A DNA stretch of 64,000 bases from a virus, in IMG/VR virus record IMGVR_UViG_3300017779_004709, positions 27,361 to 91,360 of that record; one strand, given 5' to 3'. Shown one piece after another: positions 48,072 to 57,271 of this stretch. Position 1 is the first letter of the stretch, and the number at the start of each line of letters is the position of its first letter. The translations under genes were made by a program, and so were the position numbers. The notes below the pieces were generated by a model that had not been told where the DNA came from, searched no databases, and saw only the letters and a program-made list of their open reading frames with translations.

Positions 48072-48777
48072 TGATCTTCTAATTGATTTAGATGATTATT
48101 TAGACTTATCTAACTTTAGTTTATGTACTAAAGATTTTAAAGATAAGTTTCATTTAATACCTGATGAATCTAAAAGTGTTGGTTATTTTACACCAGATTC
48201 ATCTATTGAAGATCCTGTTGATTCCAAAACTATAATGTTAAGGGTTTTAAAGGATAAAGATGATTGGAAAGATTGGGGGCTAATTGATAAAGAAGAAAAG
48301 TGGAAAGATGGCCCCCTCTATGAGTTATTCCCAAATATCAAAAAATTTATTTCCACACTACCATTTAAATCTATTGGTAGGGTGTTCATCAGTTTTACCC
48401 AAAATAAAACTAATATAGCACCACACGCTGGATTCATACCAAATCATCCAAAAACACCACCTTGGAGACAAGAATATCTTTGGTTTAGTCTTATTGGTGG
48501 AAAAAGGATGTGGGTGACAGATTGGGAAAGTACTTTAGAATTTTATAAAAATGGTTTTGTGGTAGAAGATAGATTTCCTATGATTTATTCTAAAGAAATA
48601 TCTTGTAGATTTAATCCAGTTATGTTACATGGTGTAGAGTGTGGAGAAGATTTTTCTGCAAGTCTTAGAGTGGATGGGGAATATACTGAAGATTTTAGAG
48701 AAATTGTTCTTGGAGATAGAGAATGGAAAACTACATTTGAGTTTGTAGATGAGGTAGGATATTTTGATGGATTCTGA
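48043..48777 (+). CDS. AspH-like 2OG-Fe(II) oxygenase with an HxG variant motif (start may be 48061)
   Basis: Paralog of 51689 (LIDLDDYLDL, LPF..IGR, WRQE, HG, S.RVDG). Confidence 0.55.
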   Translation: MKNKSYMINDDLLIDLDDYLDLSNFSLCTKDFKDKFHLIPDESKSVGYFTPDSSIEDPVDSKTIMLRVLKDKDDWKDWGLIDKEEKWKDGPLYELFPNIKKFISTLPFKSIGRVFISFTQNKTNIAPHAGFIPNHPKTPPWRQEYLWFSLIGGKRMWVTDWESTLEFYKNGFVVEDRFPMIYSKEISCRFNPVMLHGVECGEDFSASLRVDGEYTEDFREIVLGDREWKTTFEFVDEVGYFDGF

Positions 48778-49267
48778 TGTAAAATATATCTTAGATTGGT
48801 ATAAAAATAAGATATGGTCAAAACCATCCTTATCTAAAATATGTGATGGAATTGGAATGGTTGCCATTCGTGATATACCAAAAGGAACAAGTATATTCGA
48901 TTTGGCAGACAGAAGTGTTTATGGTTGGATACCTTGGAGTGAGGCAAAATCAATTCCAAGAGAGGTCTTGGAATGGGTATTGGAATGTCAACCACAAGTT
49001 GGTGACCAAGTTATTGATGTTCCAAAATTACACGAAGAATTTTTCAACGACAAACACGAATCTATGTTTGGATATACACAACAAGGAATGAATTGGCAAA
49101 CAACTTGGTATTATGTCAATCATTCATCAGATAAACCTAATGTAGCAGCACATTCTACTGGTCATCCAAGAGTTCAAAAGTATATTACCCTTAGAGATAT
49201 TTATAAAGGGGAAGAAATATTAGAGGATTATAATGGATACACAAAAGAATGGAAATTAGATATTTAG
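48764..49267 (+). CDS. SET domain methyltransferase
   Basis: GIGMVAIRDIPKG, YVNHS..PN, RDIYKGEEILEDY. Confidence 0.88.
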   Translation: MMDSDVKYILDWYKNKIWSKPSLSKICDGIGMVAIRDIPKGTSIFDLADRSVYGWIPWSEAKSIPREVLEWVLECQPQVGDQVIDVPKLHEEFFNDKHESMFGYTQQGMNWQTTWYYVNHSSDKPNVAAHSTGHPRVQKYITLRDIYKGEEILEDYNGYTKEWKLDI

Positions 49268-50088
49268 ATTTAGGTTCAGTTTCACCTGAAATATACACAT
49301 CTCTTTGGGAATACGATAATGTCGTTGAGATCAAAGAACCCACCTTAATAAAATTTTCAACAAATAGAACCTTAATTCAATTTTGGCAAGGCCCTTATTG
49401 GGATGAAGTTGCTCAGACTTGGAAAAACGACCATACGGATTTGAGTAACTTTTATAATGCCAAGATATTAGAAGGAATTCCAAAGTGTAGGTGTTACATA
49501 CCTATCGAAATCAATTATAGTGCTGAGATAGCATATTATATAGCAAGTAAACACGGAACTGATTTTATCTTATATCTACCCGATATGGATGTACTTTCTG
49601 AAAAACATAAACGACAGGAAATAGATGCTATATTTCAAAATATTATGGTTGAGGTTTTATCAGATAGAAGTATTGATTCTAAAATTGATGGTAATGATGT
49701 ATTGTATAAACACAACAATAAGTACAAAAAGTTTTCAGGTTCATTATATAGACCTGCTCTAAATGGGTTTGGTTATATTGATAATGGTATAACCTACAAG
49801 TTTGATTCTGAACTGGCTAACAAGTTAAGGGGTATTACTAATGATGTGGATATTAAGAAATTTGATGTCAAGGATGTTTCTGATGTTGTAGGTGGATTGT
49901 GGGAAATTGATTCTACCATAGATAAGAATGATTTGGATTTTGAAGTAATTGATAGGTTGTGTTATAAATTGGGATATACTTTACGACATGACAATTTTGA
50001 TGAAGAAGATTTATTATTTGAGAGAGGACATAAGAGAATGACAGATAAAGACTGGTATTTGTATGGAAATAATGATGGATTTACCTAA
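49249..50088 (+). CDS. Lipoate/biotin protein ligase (BPL/LplA)-like
   Basis: IRYLDLG, GNDVL...KKFSGS. Confidence 0.6.
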   Translation: MEIRYLDLGSVSPEIYTSLWEYDNVVEIKEPTLIKFSTNRTLIQFWQGPYWDEVAQTWKNDHTDLSNFYNAKILEGIPKCRCYIPIEINYSAEIAYYIASKHGTDFILYLPDMDVLSEKHKRQEIDAIFQNIMVEVLSDRSIDSKIDGNDVLYKHNNKYKKFSGSLYRPALNGFGYIDNGITYKFDSELANKLRGITNDVDIKKFDVKDVSDVVGGLWEIDSTIDKNDLDFEVIDRLCYKLGYTLRHDNFDEEDLLFERGHKRMTDKDWYLYGNNDGFT

Positions 50089-51130
50089 GAGTTGTAATTT
50101 TGGTCGTGTTTATGGTAGACTAACTACTGATGGTGAGTATAAAATTTGCTGTGGTAATGTGCCATCATCTGGTAATTATCACACGGATGGTAAATTTGTA
50201 GATTATTGGAAATCAGACAAATTAAATAATTTACTTATTCGATTACGAGATAATCTTGACGAGATGAATGAGACTTGGGCAGGGAGTAGTTGTAATCATT
50301 GTCCTCATTCTGTAATTAATGAAAAACTTCATAATGGTGAAATGACCATTCCAAACTCACCAATTACTTTCAACATAGATGTTATTAATATGTGTGACCA
50401 TAGATGTAACTTTTGTTGGCATTGGTCATACGATATGATAGACGATAAGGCACAATTCGATGGGTGGAAAGATTGGGCTAAAGAGAAAATAGATTTTCAA
50501 ATATTCAGGGATACCGTAGATGGTTTAGTAGAACTTGGTAATTGTGAGGAGATTCAAATTGGTGGTGGTGGAGAACCATTACTACATCCGAATATACACG
50601 AGATGATTGGATATGTCAAGGAAAATAATCTCTCCTGTAAATTAATCACCAATTTTTGTCAGATAACAGAAGAACAACTTGATAATTTAATTGAAGTAGG
50701 ACTTGATGATATCTTAATTAATATATCGGCTGGAACACGAGAGACCTACTGTGAGACAAGACGTGTACAGTCAAAAGTATGGGATAAATTGATGTCTAAC
50801 ATAGAGCATATAATTAAAAATAGAACAACAGATGTTCCAAGAGTTACTTTAAAGAGTGTAATTAATAGCGAAAATATTCACGAAGTCAGTCACATGATAG
50901 ATTTGGGAGTGACACTTGAAGTTGATGTCGTGGCTCTGAGATTCTTTCAAGAAGATGGTGTATATAAATCCAATAATAAAATTGTTAGTGGGGAGCAACA
51001 AATACAATTTAATAGAGTACTTAAAGAAAAGATATCTGAATATGGATATGAAGAATTCAACGATGATACTGCATTCAAATATAATTACAAATCACCGAAT
51101 GTCAAAACACTATTACTTGGGGATGTTTGA
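50063..51130 (+). CDS. Radical SAM enzyme with an N-terminal SPASM/Twitch-like domain (paralog of 40742)
   Basis: CDHRCNFC, GGGGEPLLHP; N-terminal C...CC...CNHC. Confidence 0.85.
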   Translation: MEIMMDLPKSCNFGRVYGRLTTDGEYKICCGNVPSSGNYHTDGKFVDYWKSDKLNNLLIRLRDNLDEMNETWAGSSCNHCPHSVINEKLHNGEMTIPNSPITFNIDVINMCDHRCNFCWHWSYDMIDDKAQFDGWKDWAKEKIDFQIFRDTVDGLVELGNCEEIQIGGGGEPLLHPNIHEMIGYVKENNLSCKLITNFCQITEEQLDNLIEVGLDDILINISAGTRETYCETRRVQSKVWDKLMSNIEHIIKNRTTDVPRVTLKSVINSENIHEVSHMIDLGVTLEVDVVALRFFQEDGVYKSNNKIVSGEQQIQFNRVLKEKISEYGYEEFNDDTAFKYNYKSPNVKTLLLGDV

Positions 51131-51720
51131 TGAAAATATTTGAAATAGGTGTTGCTAAAACAGGAACAACTTCACTTGGTAGGGCATATGAGATTTTAGG
51201 ATTTAAACACAAGGATGAGGATCCAGATTTATATTTAAAATTTATTGAGAATTATGATTATGAAGTATTGTTTGAGGAGATTGACAAGTATGATGCATTC
51301 CAAGATGGTCCTTGGCACAACAAGGATGTGGATTATAGAGTACTTGATGAAAAATATCCTAATAGTAAATTTATAATTTTAGAAAGAGATGATGAGAGTT
51401 GGATAGGGAGTAACGAAAGATTCTATTCACCAAAATATCATAAGGATTGGACACCAGATCCAATAAGGGAATATTCATTTTTAATAGATGAAAGATGGAT
51501 ACACGATAGGGAGAATATTATCAATGAAAAATTAGACTATAAGCACTCTAAATATCACGAAATAAATACCTATTTTAAAAACAGACCAAATGATTTATTG
51601 GTAATGAATATATGTGAAGGAGATGGATGGGAAGTGTTGTGTCCGTTTTTAGGTAAAGGTATACCTGATGTTCCGTTTCCAAAATTAAATGTATATGGAG
51701 AGAATGATGAGTCTAATTGA
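51127..51720 (+). CDS. Sulfotransferase (P-loop) family protein
   Basis: IGVAKTGTTSL, YPNSKFIILER, DGWEVLCPFLG...PFP. Confidence 0.85.
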   Translation: MMKIFEIGVAKTGTTSLGRAYEILGFKHKDEDPDLYLKFIENYDYEVLFEEIDKYDAFQDGPWHNKDVDYRVLDEKYPNSKFIILERDDESWIGSNERFYSPKYHKDWTPDPIREYSFLIDERWIHDRENIINEKLDYKHSKYHEINTYFKNRPNDLLVMNICEGDGWEVLCPFLGKGIPDVPFPKLNVYGENDESN

Positions 51721-52315
51721 ATTAGATGAATATTTAGATTTAGATATAGAACCACTTCATGAAGAATTTATGAAGGTGGTTGATACCATACCTAAAAAAT
51801 ATTGGAATATGTTTTATTCGAACGCGGATAAATTTGGTAATTTTGAAGAAGATTCACCTGAAGTTAAAACAATATATTTAACTGATTTAATTGAGGGAGT
51901 GGATATGAGTACTGATTATTTTTTGATAGACAAGGGTGAGTATTGGGTTGATTTACCAATATATGATGAGTTTCCCAAGATAAAAAAGATGGTTAATGAG
52001 TTACCATTCGAACATACAGGTAGAATAATGTTTATTTTTAGTAAAAATGGTGAGGAGATAGTAACACATTTCGACCACGATTGGGAAGAATGGCGTCAAG
52101 AAATGATTTGGATTAGATTCAACAATAATAAAAGAATTTTTGTAGACAATATTTATATAGAAGGAAACACTTGTTGGTTTGATAGTAAAAAACCACACGG
52201 AACTGAATCTGATGGGTATTCAATTAGTATGAGAGTTGATGGGAAGTTTAAATCAGATTTTAGAAATAAATTATTTGGGAATAATTCAAAATGGAAAACA
52301 GCACACATACCTTAG
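51689..52315 (+). CDS. AspH-like 2OG-Fe(II) oxygenase
   Basis: THFD...KPHG triad, SMRVDG. Confidence 0.6.
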   Translation: MYMERMMSLIELDEYLDLDIEPLHEEFMKVVDTIPKKYWNMFYSNADKFGNFEEDSPEVKTIYLTDLIEGVDMSTDYFLIDKGEYWVDLPIYDEFPKIKKMVNELPFEHTGRIMFIFSKNGEEIVTHFDHDWEEWRQEMIWIRFNNNKRIFVDNIYIEGNTCWFDSKKPHGTESDGYSISMRVDGKFKSDFRNKLFGNNSKWKTAHIP

Positions 52316-53493
52316 TAGATCCTGCAAAAATACGAAATAAATGGGTAAAGGTAGATGGTGTGCCTATGTCTATGTATGAAGAAAATACTCAAATGACAGA
52401 ACAGGTATATTGGGCATACAAAAGAGAATATTCGTTTAAACTTATGAATGTGGGAACACCTTGTAATACCAAGTGTTTTTATTGTTCACAATATTGGAAT
52501 CCGCCTGATTTGATAATAGCATATCCAAAATGGTTAACATTTGATGAGATTAAGCACTTTCTCACTTTTGTACCAGAAAAGACTATAACGGCTATTGGAT
52601 ATGGTCATCATGTTAGTAATGGTGAATTTTTTGCACATCCAAACGCTAAAGAAATATTACAACATCTTATTGACGAGAAATACACCGTAAGAGGAATTGA
52701 TACCAATGGTCATTTTGTAAACGAAGAACACATCAAGTTACTGAGTCTTTTAATGAAACATCGTTGGGGACGAAGTAGTCAAATTGATTACTTATGGAGT
52801 GGGATATATTTACACCTAACTAATTATGAAAAAACAGCACATACTTTTGAATTATTAGAGAAGTACGGACTTCCATATGCGGTAGTAATAGTACCATCAT
52901 TAACTGATTTAAATAATGGAACTACCGAAAGATGGATTAGATTACTGAATGAAAATCACAATCCAATCGAAATAGAAATCTCCCATCCAGCATATACTAA
53001 GTATGCTCCACCAAATGTTACAAAACATCTTGATTTTACTTGGGATGAGGGGTGGAAGCACATCAGAGAGTGGCGAAAATTATATCCAAGAATTAAAATA
53101 GATTCCGAAAATCAAGTCAATGCAAGTGCACTTGACCAATCGTTAAGTGATTTAATTGAATGGGACAATTATGAGCCTAATTCAAAAGTGTTATTCTTGG
53201 TATCGGAGTCGGTAGAGAAAGTATTCGAAAGTCATGTTAAAAAAATAACTCCATTCAATAATTACAAAATTCAAATGGTAAAGAATACAACATTCGGTGG
53301 TAACATAATCGTTGCTGGTTTATTGTTAGTTCAAGATTATATACCTGTAATTGAGAAAGTTTTATCTGAAGGTTATAAACCAGATGTAATTATTTTGCCT
53401 AAAGCTGGTTTTTTCTTTGATGAATTAGATTTAACAGGTGTTTCTGTTCATACCATTGAAGATAAATTTGGTATTGAAGTATGCTGGTGTTAG
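52291..53493 (+). CDS. Radical SAM protein with a DUF512-like C-terminus
   Basis: CNTKCFYC, NGEFF.HP, NTTFGGNIIVAGLL, DLTG. Confidence 0.75.
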   Translation: MENSTHTLVDPAKIRNKWVKVDGVPMSMYEENTQMTEQVYWAYKREYSFKLMNVGTPCNTKCFYCSQYWNPPDLIIAYPKWLTFDEIKHFLTFVPEKTITAIGYGHHVSNGEFFAHPNAKEILQHLIDEKYTVRGIDTNGHFVNEEHIKLLSLLMKHRWGRSSQIDYLWSGIYLHLTNYEKTAHTFELLEKYGLPYAVVIVPSLTDLNNGTTERWIRLLNENHNPIEIEISHPAYTKYAPPNVTKHLDFTWDEGWKHIREWRKLYPRIKIDSENQVNASALDQSLSDLIEWDNYEPNSKVLFLVSESVEKVFESHVKKITPFNNYKIQMVKNTTFGGNIIVAGLLLVQDYIPVIEKVLSEGYKPDVIILPKAGFFFDELDLTGVSVHTIEDKFGIEVCWC

Positions 53494-53536
53494 CTAAAAT
53501 AATTGTATTTGAACATTTAATTAAATACTTATAGAT

Positions 53537-53998
53537 ATGAAAAAGAAAAAGGTTATTAAGAACAAAGGTCTATTCGACCACATCACGCACATCACACAAA
53601 AACAAACTAAAGGGTATTGGGATTCTCTAAATGAAACGGAGAAGAAGCAGTGGTCTAATTATATGATACACAGATTCATATCTATGAAGATGGAGTATGT
53701 TGAGGTAGCTAATGAATTTCAAAAATATAAATTAAAACCTAAAGAACTATACAAGTTATATAGTAATGTACTGCCCAAGAAAAGGGAATGGTTAAAATAT
53801 ACAAAAGGAAAAAAAGATATGAAATATGAAAAATGGGTAATTGAGATAGTGGCAAAACATTATGAATCAAGTCTATCAGAAGCAAAAGAATATTTAGAAG
53901 TATTCTATTCAACTGAACAAAACAAGGCAAATCTAAAAACCATATTACAAAAATATGGAGTTGAACCAAAAGAAATAAAGAAACTAAATCTGCCCTAA
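53537..53998 (+). CDS. Clamp loader small subunit (gp62-like)
   Basis: LFDHI, NYMIHRFISM, LPKK..WLKY, S.SEAKEY. Confidence 0.7.
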   Translation: MKKKKVIKNKGLFDHITHITQKQTKGYWDSLNETEKKQWSNYMIHRFISMKMEYVEVANEFQKYKLKPKELYKLYSNVLPKKREWLKYTKGKKDMKYEKWVIEIVAKHYESSLSEAKEYLEVFYSTEQNKANLKTILQKYGVEPKEIKKLNLP

Positions 53999-55011
53999 TG
54001 TATTTGAAAATTGGAGATGTTGGTTGGAGTATAGAAGATACAGGATTTGGAAATAGATTTCAACTTTGGGCAGCTGCTTATGAATTAAATAAATTTAATA
54101 ATTTCAAATTTACAATCCTTGTTGAAGATGAGATGTGGGGAGAGTTGAAATTTTTAGATTTCCCCTATACAGAAACTTCAACTGATAGATTTCACAATTT
54201 AGATTATTCCTCAACCATAGATTTAAGAACTAATTGGTTAAAGACTTTAGATGAAAATAAAAATTATTATCTTCTTTCACCTGATTTATTTGAAAAATGG
54301 CCACCTTATGAGATAGAAACAAGTTTTTGGGATAAGCTTGCAGATAAAATAGTTCTAAAAGATAAAAAATTAGATAGTAAAATAAAAGGATTGGTCAAAG
54401 ATAGAATTGGTATTCATATTAGACATTGGCCTATGCCTGACCAACCTAATAACTTCTACTTCCCAACAGAAGATGAGATAGAAAGATTTGATTATAAGAC
54501 CAAAATGAAACGAGTGAAATCTGAATTGAAAAAATTTGAAAAAGAAGGACCTCATAAATTTTATATAAGTTCAGATTGTACTTATGATGAGCCAGGTAAA
54601 GGTCCTTTACTTCCAAACTTTTCATTAAAACACCAATGGTTATCTGAAATTTATGATGAGTTTGATGTGATTGATTATAGAGATATTTTGGAATCTGATA
54701 ATGAAATGCAAAAATTTGTCGGTCATTATGAAGTAAGGGATAACAATAATTCGAATTGGATTAAGGATTTAAATATTGATGGAGAGGGTAGAATAAAGGT
54801 ATCGAGAGTTTATCCAGATAAAAATTCCAATGTAAATATTTTTTATGATGATTTAAATGGTGATTTATATAAATTAAAACTTAAAAGGGATGTAGTAGAC
54901 CTTTTTTCGTTAATTTATAGTAAAGAACTGATAGAATCTTTTAAAACTGGCCCCTTTTCAAGTTGGACAGATTATGTATTAAGTTATAGAGACAATATAT
55001 GTCAAGAGTAA
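53998..55011 (+). CDS. Fucosyltransferase-like (GT11/GT23-type) protein
   Basis: GFGNRFQ, IGIHIR, FYISSD, DLFSL...SSW. Confidence 0.6.
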   Translation: MYLKIGDVGWSIEDTGFGNRFQLWAAAYELNKFNNFKFTILVEDEMWGELKFLDFPYTETSTDRFHNLDYSSTIDLRTNWLKTLDENKNYYLLSPDLFEKWPPYEIETSFWDKLADKIVLKDKKLDSKIKGLVKDRIGIHIRHWPMPDQPNNFYFPTEDEIERFDYKTKMKRVKSELKKFEKEGPHKFYISSDCTYDEPGKGPLLPNFSLKHQWLSEIYDEFDVIDYRDILESDNEMQKFVGHYEVRDNNNSNWIKDLNIDGEGRIKVSRVYPDKNSNVNIFYDDLNGDLYKLKLKRDVVDLFSLIYSKELIESFKTGPFSSWTDYVLSYRDNICQE

Positions 55012-56093
55012 ATTATGAAACTCTCGGTAAGCTCATCGATGTTGATGAGAGAGACTTGGAGTTTGAAAGGGTTACAAATTCAATAGATGTGGTAGATATC
55101 GAATATGGTGTAGAAGTCATATTTGATTATTACAGACGACATGGATTTCCCCATTACACAATTCGTGAAGATGAAAAACACGACCACCTAAGAAAACTGA
55201 GAAAGTTTGATGTCGATACGATATTCAAGGATAATCAGATAGTCCAAACCATGCACGGATTAAGATTGTGTTGGACTTTCTTTCCACACTTTTGGGAAAT
55301 AGTTTGTGGTAGTGCTAAGAAATCACCTATGGATATATTTCACGATGATAAGATGTTTAAATCAACAATCCGTAAATGTTGGAAGTGGGAACAAAAACAT
55401 TACAAGGGTGAGGATCCAGATGGGGAGAGAAATGTATTTCACGAAAACAGACTACGACAATCCATTAAGATTTATAGTGGAACTCAATCCGTTAGTAATT
55501 TCAGACCGACAGCAGCAAAACTAATATATGAAAAGTTTGGTGGAGATGGAGTCATTCGAGATATGAGTTGTGGTTGGGGTGGTAGATTACTTGGATTTTT
55601 ATCTGCATCAAATACCAAACATTACATAGGTACAGAACCATCCACGAGGACTTATGAAGGTTTGTTGCAGATGAGCAAAGAATTTGATTATATTAACAAA
55701 AAAGTTGATATATATAAACAAGGAAGTGAGGACTTCGTTCCTGAAAAAGAATCAATCGATTTATGTTTTACTTCCCCACCCTATTTTGATACAGAGAAAT
55801 ACTCAGATGAGGAAACTCAAAGTTATATTAAATTCCCATCCAATGATGAATGGGTAAATGGATTTTTAAAAAAGACCATAGAGAATTGTTACTATGGTTT
55901 AAAAAATAATGGTTATATGTTAATGAATATTGCAAACACACCAAAGTACAAATTTATAGAAGAAGAAACCGTAAGGATTTCCAAAGAGTTGGGTTTTATC
56001 CAAGAGGAAACCTTACAATTAACATTATCAAGCGTGATGGGAGCAGGTTATAAATACGAACCCGTTTTTGTCTTTAAGAAAAAGGAAATGTAA
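54999..56093 (+). CDS. DNA amino-methyltransferase-like (paralog of 24511)
   Basis: NFRPTAA, DMSCGWGGRL, FTSPPYF. Confidence 0.8.
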   Translation: MSRVNYETLGKLIDVDERDLEFERVTNSIDVVDIEYGVEVIFDYYRRHGFPHYTIREDEKHDHLRKLRKFDVDTIFKDNQIVQTMHGLRLCWTFFPHFWEIVCGSAKKSPMDIFHDDKMFKSTIRKCWKWEQKHYKGEDPDGERNVFHENRLRQSIKIYSGTQSVSNFRPTAAKLIYEKFGGDGVIRDMSCGWGGRLLGFLSASNTKHYIGTEPSTRTYEGLLQMSKEFDYINKKVDIYKQGSEDFVPEKESIDLCFTSPPYFDTEKYSDEETQSYIKFPSNDEWVNGFLKKTIENCYYGLKNNGYMLMNIANTPKYKFIEEETVRISKELGFIQEETLQLTLSSVMGAGYKYEPVFVFKKKEM

Positions 56094-56690
56094 GTGACAG
56101 ATTCAGCAGTTTTAAAAGTTAATTATGGAGATATGCCAGGTATGAACAGGAAAACACAATTACTATTTAAGAATTTAGAATGGGGTATAAATATAAAGTC
56201 TAACACTATGTATTTAACCTATGAGATAGAACAGGATACATTGTATGCAATCATGACGAGATTTGATAATTTTGTTCAACACAATGAAGGTGTGGATATA
56301 AATCTTAATATTGCCTCCTATGGTGGAGATGTGTATTCTATGTTGGGAATAATTGATTATTTCAAGACATTACCTGTTAAGGTAAACACACAATGTGTAG
56401 GAGCTTGTATGTCAGCAGCCGCAGTAATACTTGCGTGTGGAACTGGTAAAAGAACAATGACACAAAATTCTACGGTTATGGTTCACGAGGGTTCAGCATT
56501 TGAAGCAGGTAAAACATCAGATGTCCTCAAAGGAGCTGACCATCTAAAAAAATTACAAAATAATATAAATAGAATACTCGGAGAAGTTACAAGTAAAGAT
56601 CAAGAATTTTGGGAAAAGGTTTCACAACACGATACATATTTGACAGCAGAAGAATGTTTAGATTATGGTATCATAGATGAAATTATTTAA
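56094..56690 (+). CDS. clpP: Second ClpP-like protease
   Basis: SYGGDV, CMSAA, MVHE, HDTYLTAEECLDYGIID. Confidence 0.85.
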   Translation: MTDSAVLKVNYGDMPGMNRKTQLLFKNLEWGINIKSNTMYLTYEIEQDTLYAIMTRFDNFVQHNEGVDINLNIASYGGDVYSMLGIIDYFKTLPVKVNTQCVGACMSAAAVILACGTGKRTMTQNSTVMVHEGSAFEAGKTSDVLKGADHLKKLQNNINRILGEVTSKDQEFWEKVSQHDTYLTAEECLDYGIIDEII

Positions 56691-56698
56691 AAAAATAG

Positions 56699-56732
56699 TT
56701 GACTTTTATGTTAATTATGTGTAAATTCCAGT
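56699..56732 (+). promoter_or_regulatory. Early-type promoter TTGACT-N17-TAAATT-CCAGT before an ATG
   Basis: Variant of the motif at 2458; ATG at 56733. Confidence 0.6.
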
Positions 56733-57143
56733 ATGGAAAGAGGAAATAATATGGCAGAAATGATAAGGGAATCTAAGAATAAAAAAGAAGTAAATTCTAA
56801 ATCAGCATCCATTATAAAACAGATGGAAAAAGAATGGCCAGAAATGACCAAAGAATTTAAAAGATTACAAAGGGAACAATACGAATTGTTCTTACACAAA
56901 CAACACGATTACGGTCCAGGTAACATAAGTGTTGGAACACAATTACAAACAGAAGAAGAAATACATTTATCACTTACAGGTTTGTGGTTTAGAATGAATG
57001 ATAAGATACAAAGGTTAAAAACTTTACTGATGACCAAAAGAGATAATGCAGTAGAAGGTGAACCTATGGAAGATGCTTATCTTGATGTTTCAAACTATGG
57101 AATAATGGCGACAATCGTTAAAAACGGAAAGTGGGGTAAATAA
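56733..57143 (+). CDS. Nucleotide-modification-associated domain 1 (DUF1599/Nmad1, MazG-like)
   Basis: KQHDYG, RMNDKIQRL, EDAYLDVSNYG. Confidence 0.75.
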   Translation: MERGNNMAEMIRESKNKKEVNSKSASIIKQMEKEWPEMTKEFKRLQREQYELFLHKQHDYGPGNISVGTQLQTEEEIHLSLTGLWFRMNDKIQRLKTLLMTKRDNAVEGEPMEDAYLDVSNYGIMATIVKNGKWGK

Positions 57144-57262
57144 TGTATAGATATGATTGCAAAGTAGGATTCTACGAATCAGAATCATATGTCGGATTGA
57201 TGTGGGAAATATTAAAACATCGAACCTGGCATTTATTTACACACGGAAAATGGATGGATTAG
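57143..57262 (+). CDS. 39-aa hypothetical protein
   Basis: TAATG overlap; fills the gap before thioredoxin. Confidence 0.45.
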   Translation: MYRYDCKVGFYESESYVGLMWEILKHRTWHLFTHGKWMD

Positions 57263-57271
57263 GAGATTAAA

